DNA of 61,747 nt, the filler included, from Choristocarpus tenellus KU-1152 (Eukaryota; Protista; Phaeophyceae): NCBI GenBank assembly GCA_964200185.2. It is 13 parts of 13 records of this genome, joined end to end, with 100 filler letters (N's around TTAATTAATTAA, not from the genome) between each part and the next. Parts side by side here need not be neighbours in the genome. Positions count along the whole stretch, not along the records: positions 26,046 to 29,861 come from CAXNAD020017772.1; positions 29,962 to 36,036 come from CAXNAD020009006.1; positions 36,137 to 39,207 come from CAXNAD020022523.1; 10 more parts are not named here. One strand, 5' to 3'. Below, one piece after another: positions 26,046 through 38,360 of this stretch. The notes under the pieces are model-generated. The model ran no database searches and was not told the DNA's origin. It saw only the letters and a list, made by a program, of their open reading frames with translations. The translations under genes and the position numbers were made by a program. Within the stretch, counting starts at the first letter, position 1. Every line of letters begins with the position of its first letter.

Positions 26046-27823
26046 TTGCACCGAAGGCCTGCATAACACTATTATCAAGCAGAATTTTATCGGAACCAAG
26101 TTGGGGAATCACTAAAGCTTCAACTGGCAATGTGGTGTCACCAACTGTAAGTGCAAACGAATAAATCCACGGATATGCAATGGTGAACCATTTGCTGCAC
26201 GTAGATTTATTGCACCAGGTGGGACAGGATACACATCAAAACGTCTCAGTTGAGGGTGATTGCGAGCAAATAGTTCAGAAATACATGGTACATCACTAGC
26301 TGTGTCGATAGTCAAGTCATTTTCCTCTTGTTATTCAACGGTGCCAGATACACGAACCCTTTGTGATGAAAACGACAAAGGTTTGGGCATGGACGGATAT
26401 CTGCACAAAGAACGCTTGAACCAAGTTTCATTATTATTACACGAGTTTGGTTGAACCAATGGCAAAGAAAAATGCTTAGTGACGCGCGTGCAGGCAATAA
26501 ACGATGCCTGCGGGGCAAGAGGTGCGACTGGTGTCAACCTCTGACGCTTGCCATTCCCTACGATGGTGTCAACAACAACACCATGGCTGTTCCCAAGTGG
26601 ATAGGAGTCAAATCCACCTGGGCACCCCTAGGGACGAGGACCATAATGGCCAGGTATTGACTGACTATCCTCACGAAAACGAACACGACTTCCACAACCC
26701 CTGCCTCTATGACGCAAGTGTGGTAAACGAGCACCCCTCAGATTGTCCAGGCACGACTGGGTTGTGTGACCCTCACGAGTCGCTGCCTGGCAACCTGGGT
26801 ACTGGCACACATTATTTTGATGATCCATGGTGTACTGCGAGTTGGACAGCGACTCTGCGTAGGGCGACGTGTCTCAGGGTCGTGTAGTACTGTCTGTAGC
26901 CCTGGATGTGGGAGTTGGACTGGTCAACGACCGAGCTGGGGCCCTGTTGAGAGAGGTTTCCCCCGCTCGGTGACATTCCACCTCTGTACGGAGCCTCTGA
27001 CAGTCCTGCTGCAATTGTTCGAATTCTGTGCGGGGAACGTGATCGGAGCCCGTTCCCCGAACTTGAAGTTTCATGAGGTCCTGAAGCCATTCAGGAGGCA
27101 CAGTATTCGTTCTTGCGCACTTGTTGACGTGGTGCGCGATAAACACTGGTACAGCATCACGGAACTTTGCCTGCGAAATGGCCACCTCACAAGTAGTCGA
27201 ACTTGGGGGTGGGATCGGTTCTCCTTGAAACAAGACCCGACGAGTGTCACGGTCGCCCGAGCTAACACGATGCTCGAGGGTCGACGACACGGGTCTGACA
27301 TTCGCCTGCCTATCTGTAAGAGGGGAAGGGGGGGATCCACGTCTACGTTCGGCAAGTTTTATAGTACTGGATGACGTGGAGTCGATACTAGACACGTCAG
27401 AACCAATATGGGTGGAAGACTCCACGTCTTCCGTGGACTCATGGCCTTGGACTTTTTCTTCTGGTGCCCTGGATGGCGCCAGATCTGGAGTTCCGAACTC
27501 TTGTGCCCGACGTCTTCACCTCGATCATGAGTTCGGCATCTTGCGTCCATGGTCAAATAGAAATTCCCCGTCAGCCTATTTCTGAGGACACTGGTGTCGC
27601 CAATGTGAATCGTGTGATTCTGTGGCGGCGTGGTTCACCCATGCAAGGGTGGTGAAGAGAATCACCGGGCAAGACAGACCACACGAACAAGGACGAACCG
27701 TAACCGAGGGTACGAGGTTAAGGTTGGACAAGTGCAAACTTAGGAGTGATGAGCACTATCATAGATGGGGCTTCATCACCATCAGTAAGATGTGAGAATA
27801 AAGTGGATCTTCCATGTGTGACA
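26046..27823 (-). mobile_element. Ty3/Gypsy 5' LTR, PBS, gag and protease relic
   Basis: LTR ~27604-27823 (TGTCACA...TCACA); PBS TGGCGACACCAG 27591-27602; protease IDTASDVPCIS...LRAANGSPLHIRG. Confidence 0.8.
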
Positions 27824-27893
27824 TTCTGACAGAAAATCTGTCCGTGAAATCATGGACTCTTAACTGGGAACCTCAATCGGTACCACGGTATAA

Positions 27894-28076
27894 GGGTCAA
27901 AGTATCTGGGGGGGGGGGGGGGTTTGGTAGGGGGCGGCCGTTTCGGTCAAATAACTCATATACGNNNNNNNNNNAACGAGTTCCCTCGTTCCGCACCAAG
28001 GGACGGGGTGGGCGGAGGGGGGGGGTGGGGGTTTGTTTGTTAGGGGGCGTCCGTTTCGGTCAAATAACTCATATAC
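27894..28076 (+). mobile_element. MITE family C end, duplicated across a 10-N gap
   Basis: GGGTCAAAGTATCTG...CCGTTTCGGTCAAATAACTCATATACG; the distal part repeats after the gap. Confidence 0.7.
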
Positions 28077-28119
28077 GGTGTATCAGATCAAGTTTAAACG
28101 ATTGCATTGTGCAGATACA

Positions 28120-29281
28120 ACGATGCCCTGCGCAGCAGGATCTAGCTGCAACACATTGGTCCGCCACACTATACATGCCGTAAGTATCGCGTTTATAGCG
28201 ACTATCTTCATGGCATTTGCGTCGTCATGGATCCTTTGGCGCCAGCGAAATGAAACGCGAGTGCAAGTTGTGCGTGAGCCCCACGAAGCGCAAAGTTTCG
28301 AGTCCTCCAGCCAGTGACAACACGGCGTGGAAGCATCATGATAACAAGAACAAGGGGAAGGGGAAGGTACTGTCGAATATATCTACAGAGAAAGCCGAGT
28401 CCTACAAGCCTCACGGTGCCAAGAATTGTAAATGCTTGAGCTTTGCTGAGAAGGTGGAAGCGTTGACACTCCTGATGACCATGATGGGAACTGTGTTTGC
28501 TCAAAGTTTAGGAAGCGGTCACAGCACTCTCTACAAGTTGAAGAAGGAGGCAACAACCATCATGGAGAAAAGCACAGACGCTGAAGCCTGACACCAAGTC
28601 TACGAGGGGCACTAAACATACCGAGGTGCGTCAGTGTGTGGATAGAAATTCTGAAAGTAGGCTGATTGTGATCATGATTGAATTGTCTTTATGCACTGTC
28701 TGCTGATGAGGATCATGATTTAATTTTTGGAATTTTGCGCTTGTTTCTGTCGTACATTAATGTCTGTACTGTGTTCTGTAGTATCACAGGTGGCCATTTT
28801 GCTCGTAGAGGTACGTCCCACAAGGTATCCCTATGTATTAATGAGGATCTCTCTAATGCTCTTGACACTCTGCAACTCAAACCTGGTGGAAACCGTCTCC
28901 GACTTCCATCGACGCACCAAAGCGTGGATCGATGTGAAAGACAACGATGAAGTGGCCAATGCAATCCTAGAGGACATGAAAGACCAGCTGCTCGAGAAAT
29001 TCTTGTGCCAGTCAGACAATGAAAGCTCGGGTGATGATGATGACGATGGGTTTATGGGAGGGGGCAGGGCATCGGGGACCATGAGGAAAGGAGCAGCCTC
29101 TTCGGTGTTCTTGATTCCTCCCCCGTACTCTCAAGTAACTGACGAGTTTGCAAGATTAGAAACAACCGTCGAAGAATGCAGCATGAACGATGTTTCGCAC
29201 CATCTCTGGAAAGCAAAGCTGACTTGACTCAGAGCAATCAGGGCAAGGCCAATCAAACAAGCGGATATCTGCTATTTCTTG
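28120..29281 (+). pseudogene. Internally deleted pogo/Tigger (CENP-B-like) transposase
   Basis: HTH-psq-like LSFAEKVEALTLL..AQSLGSGHSTLYKLKK; acidic C-terminus; terminal PIP-box-like KQADICYF; no DDE domain. Confidence 0.6.
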
Positions 29282-29299
29282 GTAGTCGTGATTTTTTTA

Positions 29300-29861
29300 T
29301 CAGCGAATAAGTTGTTTTGCTCAGTACGTGGGATGGGAGAAGCTAGGGAGGCATCCCAAGAATCCAATAAGCCCCTCCGTGCCCATCTCCCTGGTGACTC
29401 CAGCTCAAAACACATGACACGTCTAGACAGTGCCACTTGCGTAGTCACCGAGAAAATTTGGCGTAGCCAGGATTTAACTACTCCTTTCCTGCAATATCCT
29501 CCCGCTCCTCTCCCCCCTAACATGTGAGTAGCCAGCTCGTCCAGGAAGCATTCCGCTTTGCTTGCCGAGGCGCCCAAAACTATCCACCGCGAAGGTGTTG
29601 AGGCTATAACTACGAGGATCAAAAGAGCCCTCATTGTGGGTACGCTCTCGCGCCTCGGCTGCAGCAGCCACACCATTGCTGGTGGATGGGTGTAGGAGGT
29701 GGGAGGTTGCCTGTATTTCCGCAAACATAACATAGAGTAGAAGGACGTTATTCCGGTATAGGGCTGTTACAGCGTCCGCCAGTGCCCCTGCATGGAAAAC
29801 TAGATCCATGCGGAGATTCCTGTCAACTGCGAAGGGGCTGCCGTCCTCCATAGTGCAAGGG
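29300..29861 (-). mobile_element. CRE-clade non-LTR retrotransposon, RLE domain relic
   Basis: RMDLVF...AAAAEARER.H...FAVDSFGRLG...FLDELA...RQIFSVTTQVALSRR. Confidence 0.8.
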
Positions 29862-30011
29862 NNNNNNNNNNNNNNNNNNNNNNNNNNNNNNNNNNNNNNN
29901 NNNNNTTAATTAATTAANNNNNNNNNNNNNNNNNNNNNNNNNNNNNNNNNNNNNNNNNNNNTCTCTTAATAAAATTATGCTACCTCCTACTACTGTCCAT
30001 ATAACCCTCCA

Positions 30012-30187
30012 GACCCCAGATATCTGGGGGGGGGGGGGTCTGCACGAGGGTGTCCATTTGGGGCATAACCAGGAAAGGTGCACTTACATTATCCACCCGA
30101 CGTATGCAACCAAATCACACAAACATCGCGACATGAAAAAATTGACCCCAAATGGACAGCCGCCACCCCCCCCGGATACTTTAAGTC
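30012..30187 (+). mobile_element. MITE family B
   Basis: Full length; TCCA on both sides (4-bp TSD). Confidence 0.85.
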
Positions 30188-30204
30188 TCCACTAGCGATC
30201 CAAA

Positions 30205-30340
30205 AACATTATTTTATTATTATACCCTCTGACATGTTGGAGATGTCCCAGAGGAAAAACTAATGAAAACTATTTACTTGTCAGAAAAATCCGTAAAGAA
30301 GCAACAGTTTGCCACAAATGTGAAAAACATTATTTGTTAT
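30205..30340 (-). mobile_element. CRE-type 3' tail, truncated copy
   Basis: (TTA)n-CCCTCTGACATG..., homologous to 52141-52270. Confidence 0.6.
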
Positions 30341-31313
30341 TTTAAATATTTTATTACAATCTTGTCAGGTACAGGTCTCAATATGGATCTCTGACACATT
30401 GATGATACGATGAAAGAGTGTGTGGGGTGATATTCTTTACACGCGCCATCTTTTAATGTTGATTGAGGCCAGTGAAGGTGATGTGTGGTGTCGGTCAGAT
30501 GTACGATGGTCCAGGTGACACTGACATGAACAGTGGATTCAAACCAGGTAAGAAAACCGGGGATGATTAAGTTCTGTTCTGCTGGTTGCACTACAAGATT
30601 TTGCTAATAAATCTATCCTCTTATCCTAAACTCGCATTACAAAGAAGAAATGTTTGGTAACTTGTATCATAAGAGGTGGGATATAGAAGAGTTGTATAAA
30701 GTTTCAAAGGTTTTGTTAAATATTGAAGAATTGCATTCAAAAATGGAAAGAGTTGGCAGTCAATCACAGACAGTGGGGATTGAGGAACATGGTGGGGTAC
30801 TCTGAAAGAGGCTTCGTCGGTCACATTTCTCAACCTCCTCGCTCACTTTTCTTTTTTTAACATGGCAGTTCTCATCGCTCCCCATCACACAAAACTTGGA
30901 CAATCAACACCATCAACATCATTGGAGTAGTAACATAAATAATATAGGAGTAATGAGTGACAGTACAGTTAAAACACTACAACTACTTACTGTAGAGTTG
31001 TGCAGAACTACATCAACATACATAATTCAACCAGATTTCCAAAAGAAGTCTTTGTTTCGACAAAAAAAAGGAATAGCCTCCATAGCTTCACAGAGACAAA
31101 GACAGCAAGATAAATGATCAGATTTAACCCACACACGATATAGTTTAAAATGATGAGCCAGGAGTTTCCCACTGGTCAAAGAAGGGAGCGAGGACTGTAT
31201 TGCTGTGAACCGTATATTATATAGACTGATTCTGGTAGGATGCGTGAATGTTGAAGGTCGAATGTTGAACCCATTCAGTGCCCCTCATTCACTTTTCTTA
31301 GTTAACCCACCAG

Positions 31314-34300
31314 GGTCATGGATTACCTCAAGGAAATTGCTGGCCGAATGTCAGCTGTTGCTGAAGAAAAGTTGGCAATTGTGGACGGTGGTACCTACAA
31401 TGAGTTTATGCGATTGTACTCCAGTAGGGGATCCCGTCGTTCCATGGTCCTGGACAAAGTTGGAGTTGAAGAGCAAGAGCAATTTAGTGTCCTTCTCGAG
31501 GAACTCCAGCAAATCGCCAATGCCCCATCGCTGGTGTCGTGTCCTGAAGGAAGCGTCCTCTGTGGTAATACTTACGAGGGACAGGCTGGCGAGGCGGTTG
31601 AACGCCTTTCGCTGGCTCTGGAGAAGTGCCTCTTCTTCGGGGGTGAAGGACCTGCACCAGACTTCTGGCCTATACTTTGGTCTACGGCATGTAAACGAGA
31701 ATGGGGACAAGGTGGTTCAGGACACACACGCGAAAGGGAGGAGAAAAGCGGATCAGTTGATCTCGGTGGTGAAGGATCTCTCAATGGGACAGGGGGGCGT
31801 CAGACCATTGCATTGTCTGACACGGGTGGCACGGCGGTCCTCGGTGAGGGGTTGGTTCAGGAAGTTTCTCGCCTCAATCGCGTGAGAACAGGTTATGGTC
31901 GCTGCCGTGCATGGGTGAGGGGTCTGCTAGGAATGGAGGGTGTGGCTGCTGAGAGGGAGCTACGCCGAATGGTGAATGCTGCAATGTCGAAAGGACCGGA
32001 AGAAGTGTCAATCACAGAATTCAGTAAAGCGGGATTAGGGGTGGGGGAAAGATTTGTTGAAGGACTTGGGGACGTCAGAGAACGTGACGTAGGTGAAGAA
32101 GCACGATCAGGGAAAGAAGTCTCTGCATTACCAGGAGCACAAGTAGCAGGGACCGCAGTGGACCCAGTTTTGGCGGGGGCTTCCTCCACATCTCTGAAAG
32201 GTAATGGGAAGGTGGCCAAATCTCCAGAGGTAGAGTTTGCTGGATCGTTTCATGTCGGCCAACAGGAAGTGCCCCAGACCACATCCGAAGTTGAGCCTAC
32301 AACTACCCCTGTAGATAATTGGGGTCAAAGGATAGCTGATGAAGGTTCAACACTAACAGTTGCTCAAACCTCTGGCTCAGCAGCAATCGCAGTATCGGCA
32401 GTGACCGGGGAGAGGCCGAAGCAGCGACAATTGTTGCCCCCCTTATGGCTCAGACCTGAAGGAGGTGAGGGCGCGTGTGTAGCAGTGTCAAGGTGCCTTG
32501 CTGGAATCCTTTCCAGACTGTCAGAGAGAGGGTTGTCCATCCGACCATTTCTTGACAATTCCTCCTTGGACAAAGAGAATGTCTCGGCGATCGTAACCTA
32601 CACATGGCCTGGTTTTGCTAGAGAGCGACTCCGGTGCGCGGTACAAGGTGCTGGTGCTGCAGAGGTGAATGGGGATTATGTGCCAGAGGCCACACAGTGT
32701 TTTGATGATGCCAGGGCCGCCTGTGGTGAAATGAGTGGGGGGAGGATAACTGAAAAGGAGGCGGAGGGACTTATCCTAGTCGGACCCAATGGTTGTATCA
32801 TTTGTAGAAGTCAGCTCAGCGTGCAGCCAGCACATTGCGACAGCTTTTCAGTTAATGCCAATGGCAGTGCCAAGCAGGGAGTGGAAGACGCTGCCGTCTT
32901 AGGGGTGGGAGCATCGACTAGGACAGTTGCAGCAAATGAAAGCAGGGCTGATACAAACCGCCTGGAAAAGTTGGCATGGACAGGGCCATTGCATGTTGAG
33001 TCGCGCTGGCTTATCATCGACACTAAGGGGCAGCAGAAGGAGGATGGCGGCATTGAGCAGTGTGGGCTGAAGCAAAGGCTAAGGAGTCGCGTGGTCTACT
33101 TTTCTAATGGGAGAGGGGAGTTGCCCCCATCCCGAGGCTGGAGGGCAGCTGATGCTGGATATATGCCTGGCCCTGTTTTGGGGTTCTCTGTGGCCAAGAA
33201 AAAGGTAAATGCAGATGTGGGGGTGGAACAAGGTAGGGTGGGTAGTGCACTGCCACATTCAGTGAATGCTGTTGCAATTGAGAGCCAGTCACCCTCTCCT
33301 GCTGGAGATGAGCATCCGCGAAATTTTCTGAGGGAAAACTCCGAGGCAAGTTTTTATGCTCCTGTTGAAGCAGATAGCAAGGGAGTGGAATCAGCTTGCT
33401 GCGTTTGCGAGGAATTGAGTAGGGGTACTGAAAGGGCCAAGGTGGCAAGAAGGCAAAGTAATCCTTCCTGGACCCAGAATGGAAATATGTTAATGCTGGG
33501 TGAAGGTTTGACATCGCTAGGAGAAGATGACACAGTGGTTGCAATGGCAATGGCACTTCCATCACATGCGCCCCCTGTTTCGATCCATGGTGTGCTGGTC
33601 TGCCCCGACCATTGCAGGCAGGAGAGAAGGAGGAGACGACACCGAAAGAGAGTCTCTGTGATCACTAGGTTTGGAATGGATGGAGAAGATGATGGCGACC
33701 AAAGGATGCCAAATGGAAGGGGCTTTGGAGAGAAGAGTGCACTCAAGGAGAGTGTTGTGGGAGAGGGTACGACCAGGTCTGGAGGGGCAGGGGGTTCTGC
33801 AAATTTCAATGTTTGGAGTAATGAGGTGGTCAAGGAGGATGTCCTGGCCCAGATTGATCATTGCGGACTTGGGAGTCGCTCTCAGTGAGGTGTTTCATTT
33901 TGATGCTTTTTTTTTTTTTTTCGTGCTATTCGCCTGGAGAGTGCGGGGATTGAAATTGCATGACCCTAATCTTTATGGTATTGCTCAAGACCTTGTTCTC
34001 AATATGGAAAGGAAGTACTCAGGGTATTTATTCTCTTTATGCTGATGAGGAAAGACCGGTTTGTTTGATTGTTGGTACCATTACCTTTGTAGTGGAAGAC
34101 TATGCAGCAAATGAAGAATTGACGGGAGGATGGTGAGTTGGATTCACTGTGTTGCCTTTGTACTGAATTTGCATTAAGTATGTAACAGAATCTTGACATG
34201 CTACCACTTTCACAGACTAGAGGGTACTTTCAGTAATATTCTGTTGTGTCCATTGCACGAGTGCATCTCAGGGATTGTTCCATACATAGAACATTGTGCT

Positions 34301-34924
34301 GTTTTTGTTAGTCTCGTACGGGCTTTTGATGCTGAAGCAGGGCTCTGACGTTCTATTTGGGGTGATTGTCTTTGACTAGTGTGGAAGATATATCGCCTTC
34401 TTCATGTACCTCCTTCCCCCCAATCTGGCAGCCTGCTCACATGGAAAAAAGACAGGTCTAGTGCAATGCAGAAACCTCACCTCTACCCCACCTTCCCCAA
34501 CCCATGCACTAAAACCTGGGGGGTAGGCTGTCATATCCCCCGAGCTAACTTTTGAACTCCATGCATCGATGCCCTTGCAACTTTCTGCCCAATTTCCCCT
34601 GGCAGATATATTGGCTGTGATGAGGTATCACAGCCTAAGGCAAACATTGGGATGGGTGCTTCGGGTCCCTCAACAGAGGCCTCTACCAGTAGTCATGATA
34701 AACAAAGCGACTTGAGGGAGGGTGAAATTTCTCCAGGGTCTGAATGGGTAATACATAGGGATGAGGGGTGTGAGGATGATGTTGGCGGTAAGGGGGTTAT
34801 GGAATATGACATGGAGGCAGCAGAGGCCCGTTTCAAGGCTGGCCACTGGAGGCTTCCGCCTCTGGGGGAGCAAGCTGCATGCAGGCTGGAGACAGCAATG
34901 TTGCGTCTACATAGGGCAGAGCAG
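31314..34924 (+). CDS. RUN-domain protein, partial; exons 31314-33884 and 34606-34924
   Basis: 856-codon open frame with RUN blocks VERLSLALEKCLFFG, DFWPIL, VRTGYGRCRAWVRGLL; CA|GTGAGG donor joins CAG|ATAT acceptor in frame; donor CAG|GTGAGG at 34924. Confidence 0.8.
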
Positions 34925-35257
34925 GTGAGGGGATGGATGACATGGGGTGCACTTGGAGGGGGGGGGGGGTAGCACATGGAAGTTCAGGTCGAGGCTATAG
35001 CGAAAAGAGGTGTAAACCATATCTGACTTGTTGTACCTAAGAATTTGTTGAGGCTATGATGTCATCAAAATTCTCTTCATTTATCTTCATCCATGGGCAA
35101 GGATGGCATGGTTGTGAGTCCTCTGCTCTATGTAGTGGGCTCCACGCGATAAAGTCACCTGTGAGTCCTTTGTTACACACTCAATCACCTGCTGTTGCTA
35201 CTCCTCTTCACTGAACATGTTCATCCGTGATAAGTTTCTTTTTGAAATTGCGGTGCA

Positions 35258-35488
35258 TTTTGATGCATTTTGATGGAATTTGATGGAATTTGATGGAATT
35301 GATGGAATTGATGGAATTTGATGGAATTCGATGGAATTTGATGGAATTTGATGGAATCTGCTACAAGTAAGTGGATTTTGATGGAATCTGTTACAAGTAA
35401 GTGGAATTTGATGGAATCTGCTACAAGTATTTTGATGGAATCTGTTACAAGTAAGTGGATTTTGATGGAATCTGCTACAAGTGGATTT
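35258..35488. repeat. (TGATGGAATT)n grading into a 30-bp GATGGAATCTGYTACAAGTAAGTGGATTTT repeat
   Basis: Direct reading. Confidence 0.9.
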
Positions 35489-36136
35489 CGTAACACCTTC
35501 AGCTTGTTCTTTTTATTTTTTTATTTTTTTGGGGTGTCTGACGTCTGTTGTTTTTTTATTTGTGGGAGGTAGCAACCAATAGTTTGTGCTAAATCTTTCC
35601 TTCTCGCTCGCTCCTCTACCTGGCAAGGACCAATGCTGGGCTCGGGGTTGGGGGGGCAGGGAGTTGCAATTGGAACCCTGCCCGACAATACAAGTGGAAA
35701 CCGTTGTTATGTTGTTATGTTGTTATGTTCAAGGTTATTTGATCTGTTGGAGTTCCCCTTTGGTGTGAAAATCCTGTCCATGCTGTGGTAGGGTATTCAG
35801 CAGCAGCAGCAGGCATGTACCCCCTGTTGCATGGTGTTTTGTCACCATGAAAGTCATCGATGGATGTTGAGTGGCACGCTTGCTTTGGACCAACCAGGGT
35901 TGTGAATGGCTTGCTGTTGTCAGCGCTGTGCAGAGTTGGGTGTTAGAGTTGAGACGGAGAAAGAAGCGCAGGAAGACAAGTATCCTATGAACAGTTAGCT
36001 CATGATCGAGTTTCATTTTTTGCGTTGGCTCCTTGGNNNNNNNNNNNNNNNNNNNNNNNNNNNNNNNNNNNNNNNNNNNNTTAATTAATTAANNNNNNNN
36101 NNNNNNNNNNNNNNNNNNNNNNNNNNNNNNNNNNNN

Positions 36137-36733
36137 ACGGAGGGATTCCCTACACTCCTAAAGGTCATCTTTGCAAACTTTGACAAGAGCTTCTTCCTTC
36201 ATCACAACACCACCATTTGGCAGGCGCAACAATACAAACACTGCAAATCCCACCTCCCCAAAGGACACACCGCCATGTCCATGGACTTCAGCGCCCACCT
36301 TCAACACAACCACCAAGACTTGACAAAGCCAGAGTTCTTCAATCTATTCCTCATAGCGCTTCTGACCATTGTTTGGTGGTTGAGGGATCTCAGAGAAGAG
36401 GGAAGTCTTGGGAAGGGAAGGGTTTGGGCTCACAGCATGATGGTGTGTAGTGAGGACCGAAGCCAAGACAACGAGTCCGTCCAGAATGCCGTGGAGATGT
36501 TTGTGATAGACCACATAATACCTCTAGCCCGGGAATACGGACAGACCCTAGAGGTCCTCCACATCTGGTCTGATGGCTGCGGGAGTAAGTTTAAGAACAG
36601 ATGGTAGATGTGGTGGGTTTCTGAGTCTTTAGTGCGGATGGGAATTTCCGTAGTATACAAATTCTTTGCCTCCTGTCACAGCAAGTCCTTGTCCGATGGA
36701 GTTGGGGCTGTGGTGAAGTCTGCTGCCAGGTGA
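36137..36733 (+). pseudogene. Sola2-like transposase DDD catalytic domain
   Basis: One frame: FFLHHNTTIWQAQQY...MDFSAH...LHIWSDGCGSKFKNRW*...FFASCHSKSLSDGVGAVVK; matches Sola2 DFxEN / SDGCxxQ(F/Y)KN / FxxxHGKGxxDGxG; stops at 36605 and 36731. Confidence 0.8.
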
Positions 36734-37520
36734 CTGGAACTAGACAGGGTACGCATGCCAGGAACCCCATCCCTAGTGGAGACAATCAAGCCACCAAAAC
36801 TCAATACACCTTGAGGGATCCGACACCAGAGGAAGAGTGGCGCTACCGCAAAGGCCACAAGGTTCCTCCCGGACAGACAATCATGACAAAGGTAGGCACA
36901 CTCCACATGACGATCCCCCCCACTCACAAAGATCGGTCTCTGTTTGCCACTGGCGAAAACCCCAGCCTGTGCGCCCCTTGCCCACCCATACACCAAACAC
37001 GCAATAGATACTGTTCAAAATTATGTCACATCCATGACTCCCTTCACATCAACATGACGTGCAGCGTCAGAATCGCACATACGCACTTCTCAATTGACCG
37101 CACAGATAGTCTATGCACACTTACAAGCATCACCGCCTATGTTACATAAGTCTGCCAACCGTCAAACTTGCGCAAAACTCCAAGTTATTATTTTCTTTCC
37201 GGTATCAACGTCTGCCATGTACCTAACCCTAACCCTACAGGAATAGGTAGCACATATACTACATGCATGGTCCCCCCCACTCACATTAATCGGCCTCTGT
37301 TAGCCACTGGCGACAACCCTAACCCGTACGCACCTTGTCCACCAATGTACTAAACACGCCATAGAAACCATATCAAATTGTGTCACATTCGTGCCTTCCC
37401 TTCATGTTGACACTACGCGCGACATGCTAATTGCACATACACACTTCTCAATCAACCGCACACCGTCCGTGCACACTTGCAACCATCGCCCTCCAATTGA
37501 CATAAGCCTGCCAACCGACA

Positions 37521-37779
37521 GAGCCAAATTATCTTAGAGGGTAGAGCCGAGTCTGCTTGGGGGCCGAAATCCAATGTTGCGATTTCGATGTAATTTTGGC
37601 CATCGTGTTTGTTAGGAAGTGTCAATATCCATGTTCTGGACACACCTTTTCATAACATACACATTTTACCCACTCCAAAACATTTTGGAGTAGAAAATGT
37701 CATTAAAAACAAACATGGGAACCCAAGCCCCAAATGAACAAACAGGACAAAACTTGTTCCCTCCAAGATACTTTTACTC
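37521..37779 (-). mobile_element. MITE family A
   Basis: TIRs; 3-bp TSD ACA. Confidence 0.9.
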
Positions 37780-38102
37780 ACAAACTAACCCAAAATTCTA
37801 AGTTATGGTTCTCTTCCCCATATTAACGTCTGTCTTTTACCAAATAATTGTTACAGGAACAGGTAGCACATATACGACGTGCACAGTCCTCCCCCCTCAC
37901 AATAATCAGCCTCTATTTGCCACTGGCGACAGACTCCCCCCTCCCGCCCGTTGCCAACCCATACACTAAACACACAATAGATATCGTTGACCCATTACAT
38001 CAAACCCATGCCTACCCTTCTCGTCGACACCACGTGCGACATGCTAATCGCACATACGCACTTCTTAATCGACTGCAGACCGTCCGTGCACACTTGCAAT
38101 CA

Positions 38103-38360
38103 GAGCCAAAGTATCTTAGAGGGTACAGCCGTGTCCATTTGAGGACCAAAATCCGATGTTGCAATTTTGATGTAATTTTGACTATCATGTTTGTTAGGAG
38201 ATGTCAATATCCTTATCTGGGCACTCATTTTCATAACGTACACATTTTACCTACTCCAAAACATTTTGGAGTAGGTAAAATATTAGTAAAAACCCATGGG
38301 AAGCCAAGCCCCACATGGACAAACAGGACAAAATTCGTACCCTCTAAGATACTGTCACGC
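38103..38360 (-). mobile_element. MITE family A
   Basis: TIRs; 4-bp TSD ATCA. Confidence 0.9.

Noticed and set aside
30499-30547. Possible upstream exon of the RUN gene ending CAG|GTAAG
   Set aside because: Its open frame ends in phase 1 but the next exon needs phase 2; could be UTR, unsupported
31205-34045. Overlapping alternative-frame and antisense ORFs
   Set aside because: Shadows of the 856-codon RUN-gene exon
2200-36733. Treating the two Sola2 relics as one element
   Set aside because: They are on different contigs joined by artificial spacers
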